Source: Mytilus edulis
Lineage: Eukaryota
Direction: 5' to 3'
Assembly: GCF_963676685.1 (NCBI RefSeq)
Contig: NC_092352.1
Location: 79,236,001-79,300,000 of the forward strand
DNA length: 64,000 bases
Shown here: positions 13,189 to 26,000 of the stretch, one piece after another
Numbering within the stretch: the stretch's first letter is position 1
Layout of the letters: each line of letters opens with the position of its first letter
Notes under the pieces: model-generated
What the model was told of the DNA's origin: nothing
What the model saw: only the letters and a program-made list of their open reading frames with translations
The model's database searches: none
Made by a program: the position numbers and the translations under genes

Positions 13189-16100
13189 ATGGATTTCGAT
13201 GAAATACAAGGACCAGTGGTATGTACCCTGTCGTAACAATGATCTCCATAGAAATGTAACAGTTAAACGTTAAAACTTTCTTTAGGATGTAATTCTCAAG
13301 AAACACAAGGTAAGATCAAAGAATTACCGAGAAAACAAAATTACAATAGTATTTCAATGAATAATAAAAAGGGGATCAACGACTAATGTTAAACATGATA
13401 ACAGTTTTGCAAGGGGCCTTCCCTTAAACTTCTATTTTGTATCAGTGTTATTTGTTTGTTGTCTCTCTGATCTTTATCCCAAATGTCGTGTTATCTTAAC
13501 AAATTTGTTAAATAAAGACATACAATATGCAGAATATAGAATCCCCAAAACAAAGAGTTCCAAAAATTAACAAACATATATATCTGGTCCTCTTGGTCAT
13601 AATAAATATTTTCAAAACGCAAGCTCCAGACTGTCAACCAATCAAGGGTTGGTGCACCTGTTAACCACGTTAAGGGGAAATATGTAACACACCCTCCCGA
13701 AAAAGTCAAAAATTATACGATTATTTTCCATTCGTTTTGTTGGATTTTGTCATCGTCTGATTGGTTTTCTCAGTTTGTAAGGAGATATTTTATTTATTAT
13801 TGATCTTTGACTTTCGGTACTCTTTATGAAAGATATGTAAGCAATTACATCAACAAATTCAAGATATAAATTAAAATTGTTTTTCACAGTGTTCTTAATT
13901 TAGTAAACTATAATAAAAAAACTCGTCGAAAAAAATCGGTAAGCTTTAGTCATCATAATGATATTGATACCCTTTTTTTTTGATATTCACAGAATGTAGG
14001 TTTTCTTTTGTGAATGCATAAAATACATGTAAAAAAAACCTATTCAATATATTTAAGATGAAATTTATTCGAATTATATAAGTTGAGTGTTATACTGTAT
14101 AGTTATTTGTGTTTGACAAGGTGCTCGAGACGAACACATACAAAAGAAAGGGTGAATCGATAAACATTTCGAAATAATCCTTTTAAAAACATACAAATGT
14201 TATCTCATAATATTTATTATTTACATAGTACTTATTATCCTTCACCGCTGTACATGATGGAAAATATATACAATACAAAAATATACATGATATAAGATAA
14301 TACAATTTTTGATTGATCAATGTATTTTCATAAATGATATATTTAGAAAAAAAGTAAAATAACAAAATTACCGAACTCCGAGGAAAATTAGAATTCAAAG
14401 CGGAAAATCCTTTATCAAAAGGAAAAATCAAAAGTTCAAATACATGAAACGAATGTATAATTTTTGATTTGCTACAGGCATTTTCTTAGGTAGAATATGG
14501 TGTATTATACCTGGTTCTATGGCTAGCTTAACAGTAAATTTAAAGTATTATGCATAAAATCAAACAAAGTAATAGTATAACAATTTTTATACAAAAGAAA
14601 TGCCATCGAGAAAATAAACTCATGTTAGATTCAAGGATTAAAACATTGTAAAATGATAAAATGATTTGTGTACGAAATATTCATCAGTGACTATCAAAAT
14701 ATTCATATAGCCAAATAAAGTACGAAATTGAAAAGCATTGAGGACAAAAGTTTTCAATGTTTTTTTGGCAATATACATGTACATCTAAAATGGTTTATTC
14801 TAGAAACTTAGAAAGTGAACTTAAAATAGCGAAATGTCCCCTTGGAACGGAGATATTATGAAACATGTGAAAATTAACCTCTGAAATATGATATAAAACG
14901 ACGGACATTCAAATTCATTAATCGAAAATAAATAGACAACGTCGCTGCTAAAAATGAGAAAGACTAGTAGAAAACAATAGTAAACAAAACACAACATAGA
15001 AAACTAAAGACTAAGCAGCTCGAACGATACCAAAATATAGGAGTTATATCATATACATATATATAAACGGGGAGATATGTAATCCATATACAAGCGCTGC
15101 TGAAATGTTGCTACTTCGAAACGGAAAATTCACAATTCGGAAGATGAAATCATCATATTTAAAGCATAATTGCATTTTCGTGGATCTTGTTTATATTCTA
15201 GCCAGCGCCATATCGGGATTCACCAGAACACTCGAATACAGAACTAGATGGGCTTGACACTGATGAATGTATAGAAGAAGACAAAAACCAAAAGCGTGTG
15301 TCTGCATTCGCTGAGCATGATTTGGTAATTAAAATAGCAAACACAAAACTACACGTCAATAAGGATCAGCTAATTACAGAGTCACCAGTATTTGAAAAAA
15401 TGCTGAAATCAGAATTAAAAGAAAAGGACGTAGAATTGGAAGGAAAGGACATCAAAACTTTTGTGGACTTTTTAAGGTGTACTTTGCCAGGATTTGACGA
15501 GGAAGTTACAGGTAATACATCTCTTCTGTCTTTATTTTATATTGTAATTATTTTATTTGACATTTACTGGTGAGTCTTTTGTTGATGACGGGAATTTGGC
15601 CACCAAATTATAAGCCTTGTATTTTTGAAAATTTTTACTAAATTTTCTCTCCAATGCGATGACTAAGCTAAGAAGTTTAGTTGTATCAGTATTAACATTG
15701 TTGTTTTAAAATGGTATATAATTTCTTAATGCCTATGTCAATGATAAACACAGAGCTTGTAAATCTAAAATGATCGATGGAAACATATAAATCTGTTGAT
15801 ATTCAACATTATTGGAATATTCTGTTATTGGTTCAAATATTGATTTAGAATTCTAATTATTTCAATCATGTTTTATTGTTCAGAAACAAAACCAAAACAG
15901 ACGAGACACAATTTTTACAACGTAGTAATGTCTTTTCCTTACAACTCTCATTGTCCCACAGTCTGTCAATATTTTTTGCATTGCACAAACTTAAGCCGTT
16001 AGTTATAAAATTGAGAGTGTAAATATTGATTTACCTCTATGATATAAGTAATGAATTAACTTTAAACGAATGCGAGTCCTCACTCAATAATCTTCAACCC

Positions 16101-17631
16101 GGCCTTCTGTTATGTGCTATTCACTTGTTTTAATTGGTTGCTGTCTGCCATATTATATATATTGTATATAAGTTAAGAAAAATGTGGCCTTTGTTTTCTC
16201 ATTTTAATAGTTTCGCTGTTCGTCATCGTACTATAAAGTGAAAGCCGTACTGTAATATGTACTATTTACGTAAATGTTTTTTGTAAACATAAAGATTCAT
16301 TATCTAAATTCACTGTCGATAAAATTAGTGGTTCCTCATCTTCTTCATAAAGGGCTATTTTATCTTATTATATTTGAGCGTCACTGATGAGTCTCTGATA
16401 GGCAAAACGAGTGTTAAAACATAATTGTAGTTTTGTTATCTATAATGAGTTTACTTCTAGACAATTGAAATTAATTGAAGGGTATGGTTATACAAATGAA
16501 CATCATCCTATTATTGGAAAATTTGAGCAAAAATCATGAATGTAATACTTGGCTGGGACATGGATAGAATCTAATAGGTTTTACCTGTAGTGTAGTGTGG
16601 TAGTGGAGCTCTCAAAGATGGTCCTTTGGACAGTGAACTGCATTCTATTGTATTTTACAAAACAACCAATTATAGGAATTACATTTCGTTTGTAAAGAGT
16701 TATTTCCTACATCACTAGACAATAGTTCGCACGAGATCAATTGATAACAACTTGAGTGTTTTGTGTGTTTATAAGTTGTTGTAAAAACAAATATTGGCCG
16801 TAAACCTGAATGACTTAGATTATAATAACCGTCAAAAGATATCTCGACCTCCATTTTGTCATGCAAAATAACATATTGAAATCAAAATGGAAAATGCAGA
16901 AAAAGAAGAAACCGTTCAAATTGAATTTGACCTAGTTTTAGCAACAGATTAACGTGTGAAAAATATTGGATACTATATTGTTTTTGGCGTTATTGCACGA
17001 CAAAAGCTCATTTCACCAGCCTATTATTTTTCTCACTCGTCCAACTCCATATCATCTTACCCAAAATCTATTATCGGATATACGTTTATAGAATTGTCCG
17101 ATATTCAAAACAGTTGTATCTATTGTAGTTTTATTATCTATTGGTGCCTTTACTGCAATTGTTTTCTTTATAGACAAAACAGTGCATTTAGTTGTTCAAT
17201 TGGCCGATGAATATCAGACAGCTAAAACGTTACAAAAGGCAGACAAGTTTCTTGCAGAGAAGAGCCGACTCATGGGAAATGCCATAAGTTCAACGCAAAT
17301 TATTACAAATATCCTCCAGGCCGAATTATACCACCTGACACTTTATTTAGAGGAATCCATAGGAATTGCATCTAGGAAATGGTTCAAAAAGTTAGTGACA
17401 AATCCAAAGTTTAATGAAATCAGTTCTGATTCTAGAATGAAAATAGCTTACAAACGTTGGAGTGAAGTTGATCAAGTTTTCGAATCAAGAGGATGTCTTG
17501 AGAAAAACACAAACAGTGCTGACTTTTATCAGCCTTTTTTCCCACATGTTGGTTATGACGAAGAATTTCGTGTACCTCCAAATCATCTTGATTTAAAAAC
17601 AAAACTTGAGCCATTCATGCAAACAAACTGA
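13189..17631 (+). CDS. BTB/POZ domain protein (BTB-BACK-like); exons 13189-13218 (tentative), 15202-15511, 17174-17631
   Basis: The spliced frame is continuous: MDFDEIQGPV|PAPYRD...DLVIKIANTKLHVNKDQLITESPVFEKML...FVDFLRC...EVT|DKTVHLVVQLADEYQ... All sites are GT/AG with matching phases (0, then 1). BTB hallmarks: D-L-V-I, LHVxKxxL, SPVFxKML, LADEY. Exon 1 is inferred only from ATG, donor and phase. Confidence 0.8.
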
Positions 17632-20600
17632 CCTCAAACTTTTGGAGGAGTTTTCTCTTAACTAGAATTGCTGACATTCAGAAATGTACCCTACTACATT
17701 CAAACTGTTGACACCGAAATACGTCCTGCATGCATTTAATTTTGATATTGGAAAGTCAATTAAAAGGAGTTGACAAACGTGACGGTCACCGTTTTTACAT
17801 CGCAAAAATTACAGACATACATTTGTACCCGAGTATCTAGATTTAAAGCATCACAGGAGCTGCAAAATTTAAATTTAAATGAATTTTATATTTCAGAAAA
17901 TCATTGACCTTTTACGATATTTGAGATTCGTTTTTCTGATCCTTTATAGCTGGACAATCGATGTCTGTGCTATAATGAGTGGGCTCTATCTAATGAAATT
18001 CCAGTGTCTGTTCATTTTGGCATTCCTGTGGAATATTAAAAAAAAACCGGCATCTTCTAATTAAAACAAATAGTTTTAAATTGTAGGAAACAAAAACTGT
18101 TGATACAGAGATATGTCTCACATTTTGTAATTTTCAAAGTAGGATGCAAATACAATTGGCAATATTGAAACCTGCAAAACAATGAACCATAACTGAAGTA
18201 TCACGATTACGTTTTTTTATCATGCTGAATTCAGCGTGATTTAAATGGTGTAGGTATTGCCATATCTGTTAATTCCTTCTGATTGACTTTTATGCAAATA
18301 TTGAAATTAAACAAGTGAAAGGTGATGTAATTAATGCAAATTTTAAATTCTTTTGACCATAACTAAGGACGTCAGGCCCTTTGAATCTCGAAGGAAATAA
18401 GCAAAATCCTTACTTATACCAGCTTGTTAAAGGACCCGGAATTACAAATAAAATAACATGAAAACTAATGAACTGATTTATGAATGAAAAATAATAAAAT
18501 TATTATTATTGATATAGCAAACAATAACCACTAAATTAACATCTCGACTAGGGACATACACAAAAACAATGTTCATTTTGACCTTCCATTCTTCTAAATA
18601 TAAACTCTGTCCCAGAGGTCTTATGGTGGAGTTTTAATCTAGTCTTTAATAGATACGAAGATTTGCTCTGCAAGTTTGGCTCTACCTTACTAACTGCAAA
18701 CGTCATATATTCCCTTTAATTGTACGATGATGTTGTAAACTAAGCAAAAATATTCAGATACGACCTGGGTAAACTCGGCGATCTTTGAAATAAACTTATT
18801 CTAAAATGTTACCTATTCAACACAGGAATTAAATCTATATATTATTGTATTAACTGGTCTGAATGACGATTTCGTTGTTAATAAATTAAAACCATACTAA
18901 ATATTACACATATTTACTTTCACTGTACTACAATCTGTCAATTGCTCAATGTCATGTTTTTCTCTGACTGTTATAATTTACACTTAGTCCATACGATTTT
19001 GGATGTGAACTAATTGATATTCAAGTTTTAGATTCATGATTTTTTTTTAATTAATTGTTACATGTGTTATTGGATTAAAACCTGGCTGTTAATAATTTTG
19101 AGTTCTATAGATCTGTACTTCGTGTCTTATTTTGTGTGTTTTTGGGATGAACAAGTACCTCTCCATGTCCATTTTATGTATTTGTGAGATGTTATTTTTT
19201 CTATTTGTATCCATCTAATGAATTAAGCCTTTACACTTTTACAGTTTTTTCCTATGTTGTAATGCTACACCCTTGTCACAGGATAGGAAAGGGTTACGCG
19301 TTCACAGACATATCTAAACACACCAAATTCTGTATGTACTTGTCCACAATCAAAAGCTTGTTTTTTTTTTGTCGTTTGTTCATGCTGGTCATATTTGTTT
19401 TCCAAAAACTGTTTTGTTATAATTTCGGCCATTAGTTTTCGCAATTGAATTAATTTATATGTATTATGGGGGATCCATTTATATTCGACATCAATGTATG
19501 GGTTATCATGGCTGAAGGCCGCACTGTTGCCCTTCATGGCTTAAAACCGGATCATTTGAACGGTCGTGGATAGTTCTCTAATTGACAATCATACCACATC
19601 TGCTTATTTATATATATAGTGTAGGAAACTTGTCTATTTGTTCCTTTTCCGCTAAGCATATAACGTTGATGAGTTCGAGCAAAGATGGGTCGGGTCGTCT
19701 GGGATTCATTAATTTGTGTCCTGGTAAAAAATAAACATCTATTCCAAGAAACACCTAAGAAACTACAATGTTACACATCTAAAATATAGCTCAGCATATC
19801 AGCTTGACATTCTGTCTATCTTCATTAACACATTTTCTCAGAAGAAGTCTTTGAAATTCTGTTTTGATTTGCTTGAAATACAGAATATAAAAAGTGCATT
19901 CATTACATGATTTCCAGAATATTATCATCATTGCACTCGCTATGTTAAGCCAATAAAAAAAATCATAATCACTGTAAAAGAAGTGTTATAAAACACGGTT
20001 TAATCCACCATTTTCTACATTTGAAAATGCCTGTACCAAGTCAGGAATATGACTGTTGTTGTCCATTCGTTTTTTTATGTGTTTTGTTATTTAATTTTGC
20101 CATGTGATTATGTACTTTCCGATTAGATTTTCCTCTGAGTTCAGTATTTTTGTGATTTTACTTTTTAAATTCATTGTGAAGTGCATTAAACTTCAGTTTT
20201 GTTTAGGATATATTATGGCAATTTGAGTAGTTCTTTTTTATAGTGCATTTGATCCAATGTTTAAAACAGATAAACGTGTCAATTCGCAACCATTTATAAG
20301 TGGTTTTCTCTCATTATTATCGTTGAGAAACGATTAATCGTGTGTTTCTAGTTTTTAATTATCTTCATAGATACAAGGATTGAAATTTTGTATTTGCGCC
20401 AGACGCTTGTCTCGTCCTAAAAAGACTCAGCAGTGACCCCAGAATAAAAATAAATTGAATAAAGGTAAATAAAATACAAAATGGGGATGTCTTTTGTCTC
20501 GACAGATTTAAATTTGAACAACATAAGCGGGAATGAAATATATAGTATATCACAGTAGCTTGAGTAGACACGATGACTGTGATACCTTATAATTAGATCA

Positions 20601-20789
20601 TATGTAGAGACAACAGCATCAATACTACACACAATCTTTAGCAGGGAGGACGAAGTTATTCTCAAAGACTGGGAAGAAGGACCACTTCATTCAATTATAA
20701 AAAAAGTTGATATGAAAAATTGCAAAAATTAAAAACTATATATCTTTAATATCTGGACCTTTGAGTTATTGCAAAGAGAATAATAAATG

Positions 20790-21760
20790 TGTTACATGAC
20801 ACTCTTTTAGAGCCAATTAAAGATGTTTTACTAATCCAAATAGCATGGGTTGTTACCTTACCTTGCCTTAATCCTCCTCGTGCGTCCTTGCATATGAAGG
20901 GACTAGCAACTCCTTCCACTGTTGCCTGTCTTGTGGCTTTCTTTTTGTCTCTAATCATGTCAGTCCAATAATTATGAGTTCACTTTCTATTGTGCATCGG
21001 TATGTTTCTTTTGGTCGCCCTCTCGTTCTGTCCCCTCTGCATATGTCAATCGAAAAGGTATCTTTGTAATGTCATGGTTTGTTGTCATAGAACATGGCCA
21101 ATCCATTTCTACATGTATGTCTATTGTTTTTAATTTCTACTCTGATGTCTCTTTGTAAGGTTTAAATGTATAAGTCTTTATTACTTTTTGTTTTTGGTCT
21201 GAAGAACTTGAAAATTTTACGAAGGCACATTTTGTGGAATGATGATAGTTTGTTGAAGTCAGATTTTACAACCCTCCATGACTATGCATCATACATTATT
21301 TCCCATGGCAATTATAGATTTGTATTTCTGTTGACCAGGATATTGATGTTGTATGCAAAATTGTTCGTAGTCTGCAGGACGAAGTGCAGACTTAGTAGAT
21401 CCTTGCCGTTACATCTTGATTAGTTCCGTTGTCCAGATTGTTAATAGTACCAAGAGAGGTAAAATGTTCAATTCTTGAATGTACATGTAATCTCCTAGCA
21501 GTGTTATTAGAAGTTTGTCTAATTTTGGAATTTCTGCTTTTTATCTTTGTCTTTTGTGTATTCACCTTTAAATCTACAATTAGAACAGTCTCCTGTAGTC
21601 TTTTTGTTTTGTTCTCCATGTTTGTTCGAAAGATCCGATTGTTGATAATAGGTATGTTGCCTGTACAACTAGGTCTTCTAAGATGGTGTTGATCGACCAT
21701 TTTCTTCCAATTGTTCTATTTCCAAGTGTTCTTCTCGTGCATTAGCTAATTACATTTTTT
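20790..21760 (-). mobile_element. Decayed RTE-clade LINE (3' part of RT ORF)
   Basis: Frameshifted minus-strand peptides MENKTKRLQET..LKVNTQKTKI, FTSLGT..DNGTNQDVTARI and GRPKET resemble the RTE RT C-terminal region. Confidence 0.7.
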
Positions 21761-22859
21761 TTTACATTGAACTATGTGGATTAGGTTCTATTGTGGAGGA
21801 CACAGCATCTTTAGTTGTTAAATAATTTCATTATGTTTATAAATTTATCAGGTATGCCGTATAATCTCATTATTTCCAACATAATGGTTCTTCCAAGCTA
21901 TCAAGAACGTTTTCGAAATCCAAAAATTTATGCCGATATTAATGACTACATTTTTAAACTAAGATTCATCTACATCATTGAGAAGTGCATAGAATGGCAA
22001 CACAACGTTAATATCCTCAATGCTCTAGATTTTCAACTTTGTACTTGTTTGGCTTTATAACTATTTTGATATGAACGTCACTGATAAGTCTTATGTAGAC
22101 GAATTGAGGATCCAAAATTCCAAAAAAAATGTGCCAAAATACGGCTAATAACCCTGGCTCTTAAAATTGAAATCACCTATGTGGGTGTTGGATTTGATCT
22201 TCGTTGAAATGTATCGCCTTCTTTACCAACCTTTGATATCATGTTGCTAGTGCTAAATATAAAACTTTACTACAAGTATCACCTAAACTTAACATGATCC
22301 AAGAAAATGATGTCTAGGTCAGAGAAACCATGTCAGACAGACATGTACACAATGAAATCAATCTATGGATTATTATATGCGATTTTATAAGGAATAAAAG
22401 GTAAACATTGCAGTGTTAAGAATTGTCATTTCAAAGCATTTTTGTTTAGATACAAAAGATCATCTTCATTGTTGTTTTACCGTTGGTGCTCTTTTTGTAG
22501 TTCATGCTTTTTTACTCACGTTGATGACTCTTTCTTGAATCGATTTACCCAATTTTAAATTATGTAAACGCATGCCGCTTTTATTCACATTTAAAAAGGG
22601 AAAACTTATTTATTTATTAATTTAACTATAAAACAGTTAATCCGAATTCTGAATATGCGATTCAAGCGATTAATACGTGTTTTTCCTTTTAAAAAATACT
22701 TCTACGTTTACGTCACATGATGTTTTCTTCCTAAATATACCACTAGAACTCGACTATAAAGATCCATTTGGATTTTTTACTGATACATGTCTATAAAACT
22801 TACTTTGAACGTATTACTATTTTAACTCGTAATCGTAAAATCCATCGCTCGATGATTCA

Positions 22860-22970
22860 AGCAAGTGAAATTCCAAGAAAAAGTTACTTTAGTTCGTAAC
22901 CGGAATGTATATCTAACTACTACTTATTCAACTTCCTGCAAAGTTTCATCAAACAACTTCAAGGAAGTAT
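22860..22970 (+). promoter_or_regulatory. Candidate promoter motif cluster (STAT/GAS, ETS, IRF-like) upstream of the receptor ATG
   Basis: AAGTGAAA 22863, TTCCAAGAA 22871, CCGGAA 22900, ACTTCCTG 22931, TTCAAGGAAGT 22958. These are motif matches only. Confidence 0.3.
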
Positions 22971-23010
22971 ATTTCGTATACTGAATGTTGACGACATAAA
23001 ATATCTGAAC

Positions 23011-26000
23011 ATGATGAATGTTTTCTACTGTTTTATTCTAAATATTATGGGCGTACGGTACGGAATCGGGGGTAAGTCTACATACTTTACAATTGTAAGT
23101 GTAATTACATTTTGTCTGGCTTTTGATACAAATTGAATCGATCGATATACTAGTATGCTAACAACATTCTACATGTTTAAGTGGATTGAATGCAAATTAG
23201 CTGGAGTCCAGACCTCAATTTCTTATTTTTTTTAACAACGTTGCCATCTGTTATTCATCCGATAGCGAATTTGTGCAATGCCGATACTGATCTTTTGATT
23301 AAGTATCTATTTGAATTCCGGTTGATTTTTTGAATAAGCAGGCAAATCGAATGATATAATTGATGCACCAGAGATTGAATACATTTTTTAGATTAAAAAA
23401 TCAGTAAATTACTGCTGCTAAAAGAGAGAAAGATACCAAAGGGACAGTCAAACTCATAAATCGAAAATAAACTTTTCCATGGCGAAAAATGAAAATGACA
23501 AACAGACAAACAATAGTACACATGACACAACATAGAACACTAAAGAATAAACAACACGAACCCCACCACAAACTAGGGGTGATCTCGTGTCCAGTTACCT
23601 CAGGTTTGTAATGTGGCCTTATTTTCATTTCATTTGCTTGATAGATAAGAATAATAATCATGAATATACGGTTTTTTGTTCGAATTGAATATATAGTATA
23701 TCATCGTTTCGTGTGTATTTTAAAGTAGACGCCATATAATAAAGTATAAAGATTACCTCTTAAGACTGCCGATAGTCATATAAGCAATATACAATAGGGA
23801 TGCCCTCGAATCCAAAAATGTTTTAAACAAGTTTAAAAAAAAAACAAAAAAAACAAAAGCCAAATCAAGTACGGAGTTGAACATGTTGAAGCGCACTGAC
23901 GACAATACAAAACGTACAAATGCAAATACAGCTAAGGTAATCTATTCCTGAGGTAAATGGACATTGTGCATGCAATCAATTCACAGATCTAACACATTTT
24001 TTTGGAAAATACAAATTTAAAAGGTTGTTACATAAAAATAGAGAATATGTATCTTAACAAATGCTATAAACAGATTGCCATTTTGCTTTGTATTAGGGTT
24101 AGTTTTATCTGATTTTCAATGAATATAATAGCATGTATACATTATATTACAAAGTTGATTTAATTTATAAATTTTAACTTAGAGACATCTGTTATTGGCC
24201 GAGCTTTGAATCTGGACAATTAATTTCAATATGTAAACCAAGTGTAAACAATTAAAAGTGGCAGACTATGTGTCAAAATGTCACTGCAGGGAATAAGCTA
24301 CAATTGGTAAATTTACCTATCAACAAATCTTTGTTATATTTATGATGTTTCTTTTAGAGCAGCAGAATCTCGTGGTAAATGAGCATTTCTCGATATGGAA
24401 AGATGCATTCCCTTTTTGTAAAAATAGAACATACTGGCAACAACTATTACGTGACTGTCAGCCTGAATCATGCAATGTCAATAGTATCGCAGACAGTATT
24501 GTTGACATGCCAAAGCTCTGGGAGCAACAGTATTGGATATATGGATACGTATTAAGATCACCTGTCATTGTCAATATAGGTAACAAGAAATGAAAAAAAT
24601 GTGGTATGAGTGTGAATAAGACAAAACTTTAGTTTTATCATATTTTTGAAATAAGGGACTGCAAAATATTACGTTATAGATTTTCCTGATAATTCCTTGT
24701 AAAACAAGGATTATCTCAGTATGTTGTAAGCTGATAAGTGAACGCATCAAACGAAGCAATTTTCTTTTTTTCATGAGCACAAGACTTGTTTCGGATAACC
24801 AAAACAAACAAACAGAATTGTATGTGCAGCTAAAAGGACGAAGAAAGAATATAAAGTATCCATACAGTACACACAATCAGAACATGTACTGCGAAAACAC
24901 GCAAAAAGGAAGCAATAATATATCAGCACGGGAAACAAGCGCGTGTAATTAAATGTCTTATGATGAGATTGGTCCGGTTGATACACCAATAAATTCTTTC
25001 AAAAAGGCGTTTAATCATTTATTTATTTTTAAGTCTGTTTACTGGAAAAGTAGTTTATATTCATGAAATAATCATTTGTATTATTTTACATGGTTTTAGG
25101 ATGTGTCAGTTTAATTGCCAACTTCAGGAATACCTTTCATCAAAGCAACTTCTCATTTTTACCCAATTCAGCTTATGAATGCTCTAGGGCGTGCGAAAAT
25201 AACAGCGTGAAGTACATGTTCCTAAAGGTATATTTTTCCCATTGTTCAACACCTAATGCATTATATTTAACCACCGTTGAGGCATAGATCTGTTTATTAC
25301 TTCACAAAATGTATTTATCTAATTCGTTCTATTTATTCATTTATTTTTGTTTTGATTTAAGATGCGAGTTTTTATACAGAATATTTTTCGAGAAATAACT
25401 GTGTACACCAGATTCAAATTATCCTAGTATATAGACAATGATAAAACAAAATGTATAGACCCTTCTGAAACTTCCTTACGTTTGATGTATTGCAAGTGAA
25501 ATATTCAGTGAAAAATGTTGTTTATATTGAAAAAAATGTGCGTTTCACAAACTGTACATTTTAATAGGCGTATATGATATTTTAGGGTAGTGAATGTCTT
25601 TGTATTACTGGTCACAGATTCTCCGAAGAGATGACGAATAGTTATACAACAGTAAATATTGATGCTTGTAACATTAGCTGTATTGGAAACCATGGAGATA
25701 TATGCGGTGGTGATTCGTCTACTAATGGAAAAGTGTTATACAGTGTATACAAAATTATAAACAGTATGTATTTACAATCCACTACAAATGTATCATTCAA
25801 GAACAAGAAGAAAAAAAACAATACATGCATACATGTACAACATTTACATTTATACATGTTATAGACAGTGATCAATAAGTTTTTTTGTTTTAAATTCACT
25901 ATCCAAAAATAATCATTATTGATCATCTTGTAGTAGTAGTAGTAGTATTATAATCCTTTTATTTTTATTATAATTATTATTATTAGAAGTAGAGTATTTA

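Noticed and set aside
19755-19790. Possible penultimate SLCO exon (ttttag|A TGT GTA, 'RCV')
   Set aside because: An in-frame stop follows within a few codons.
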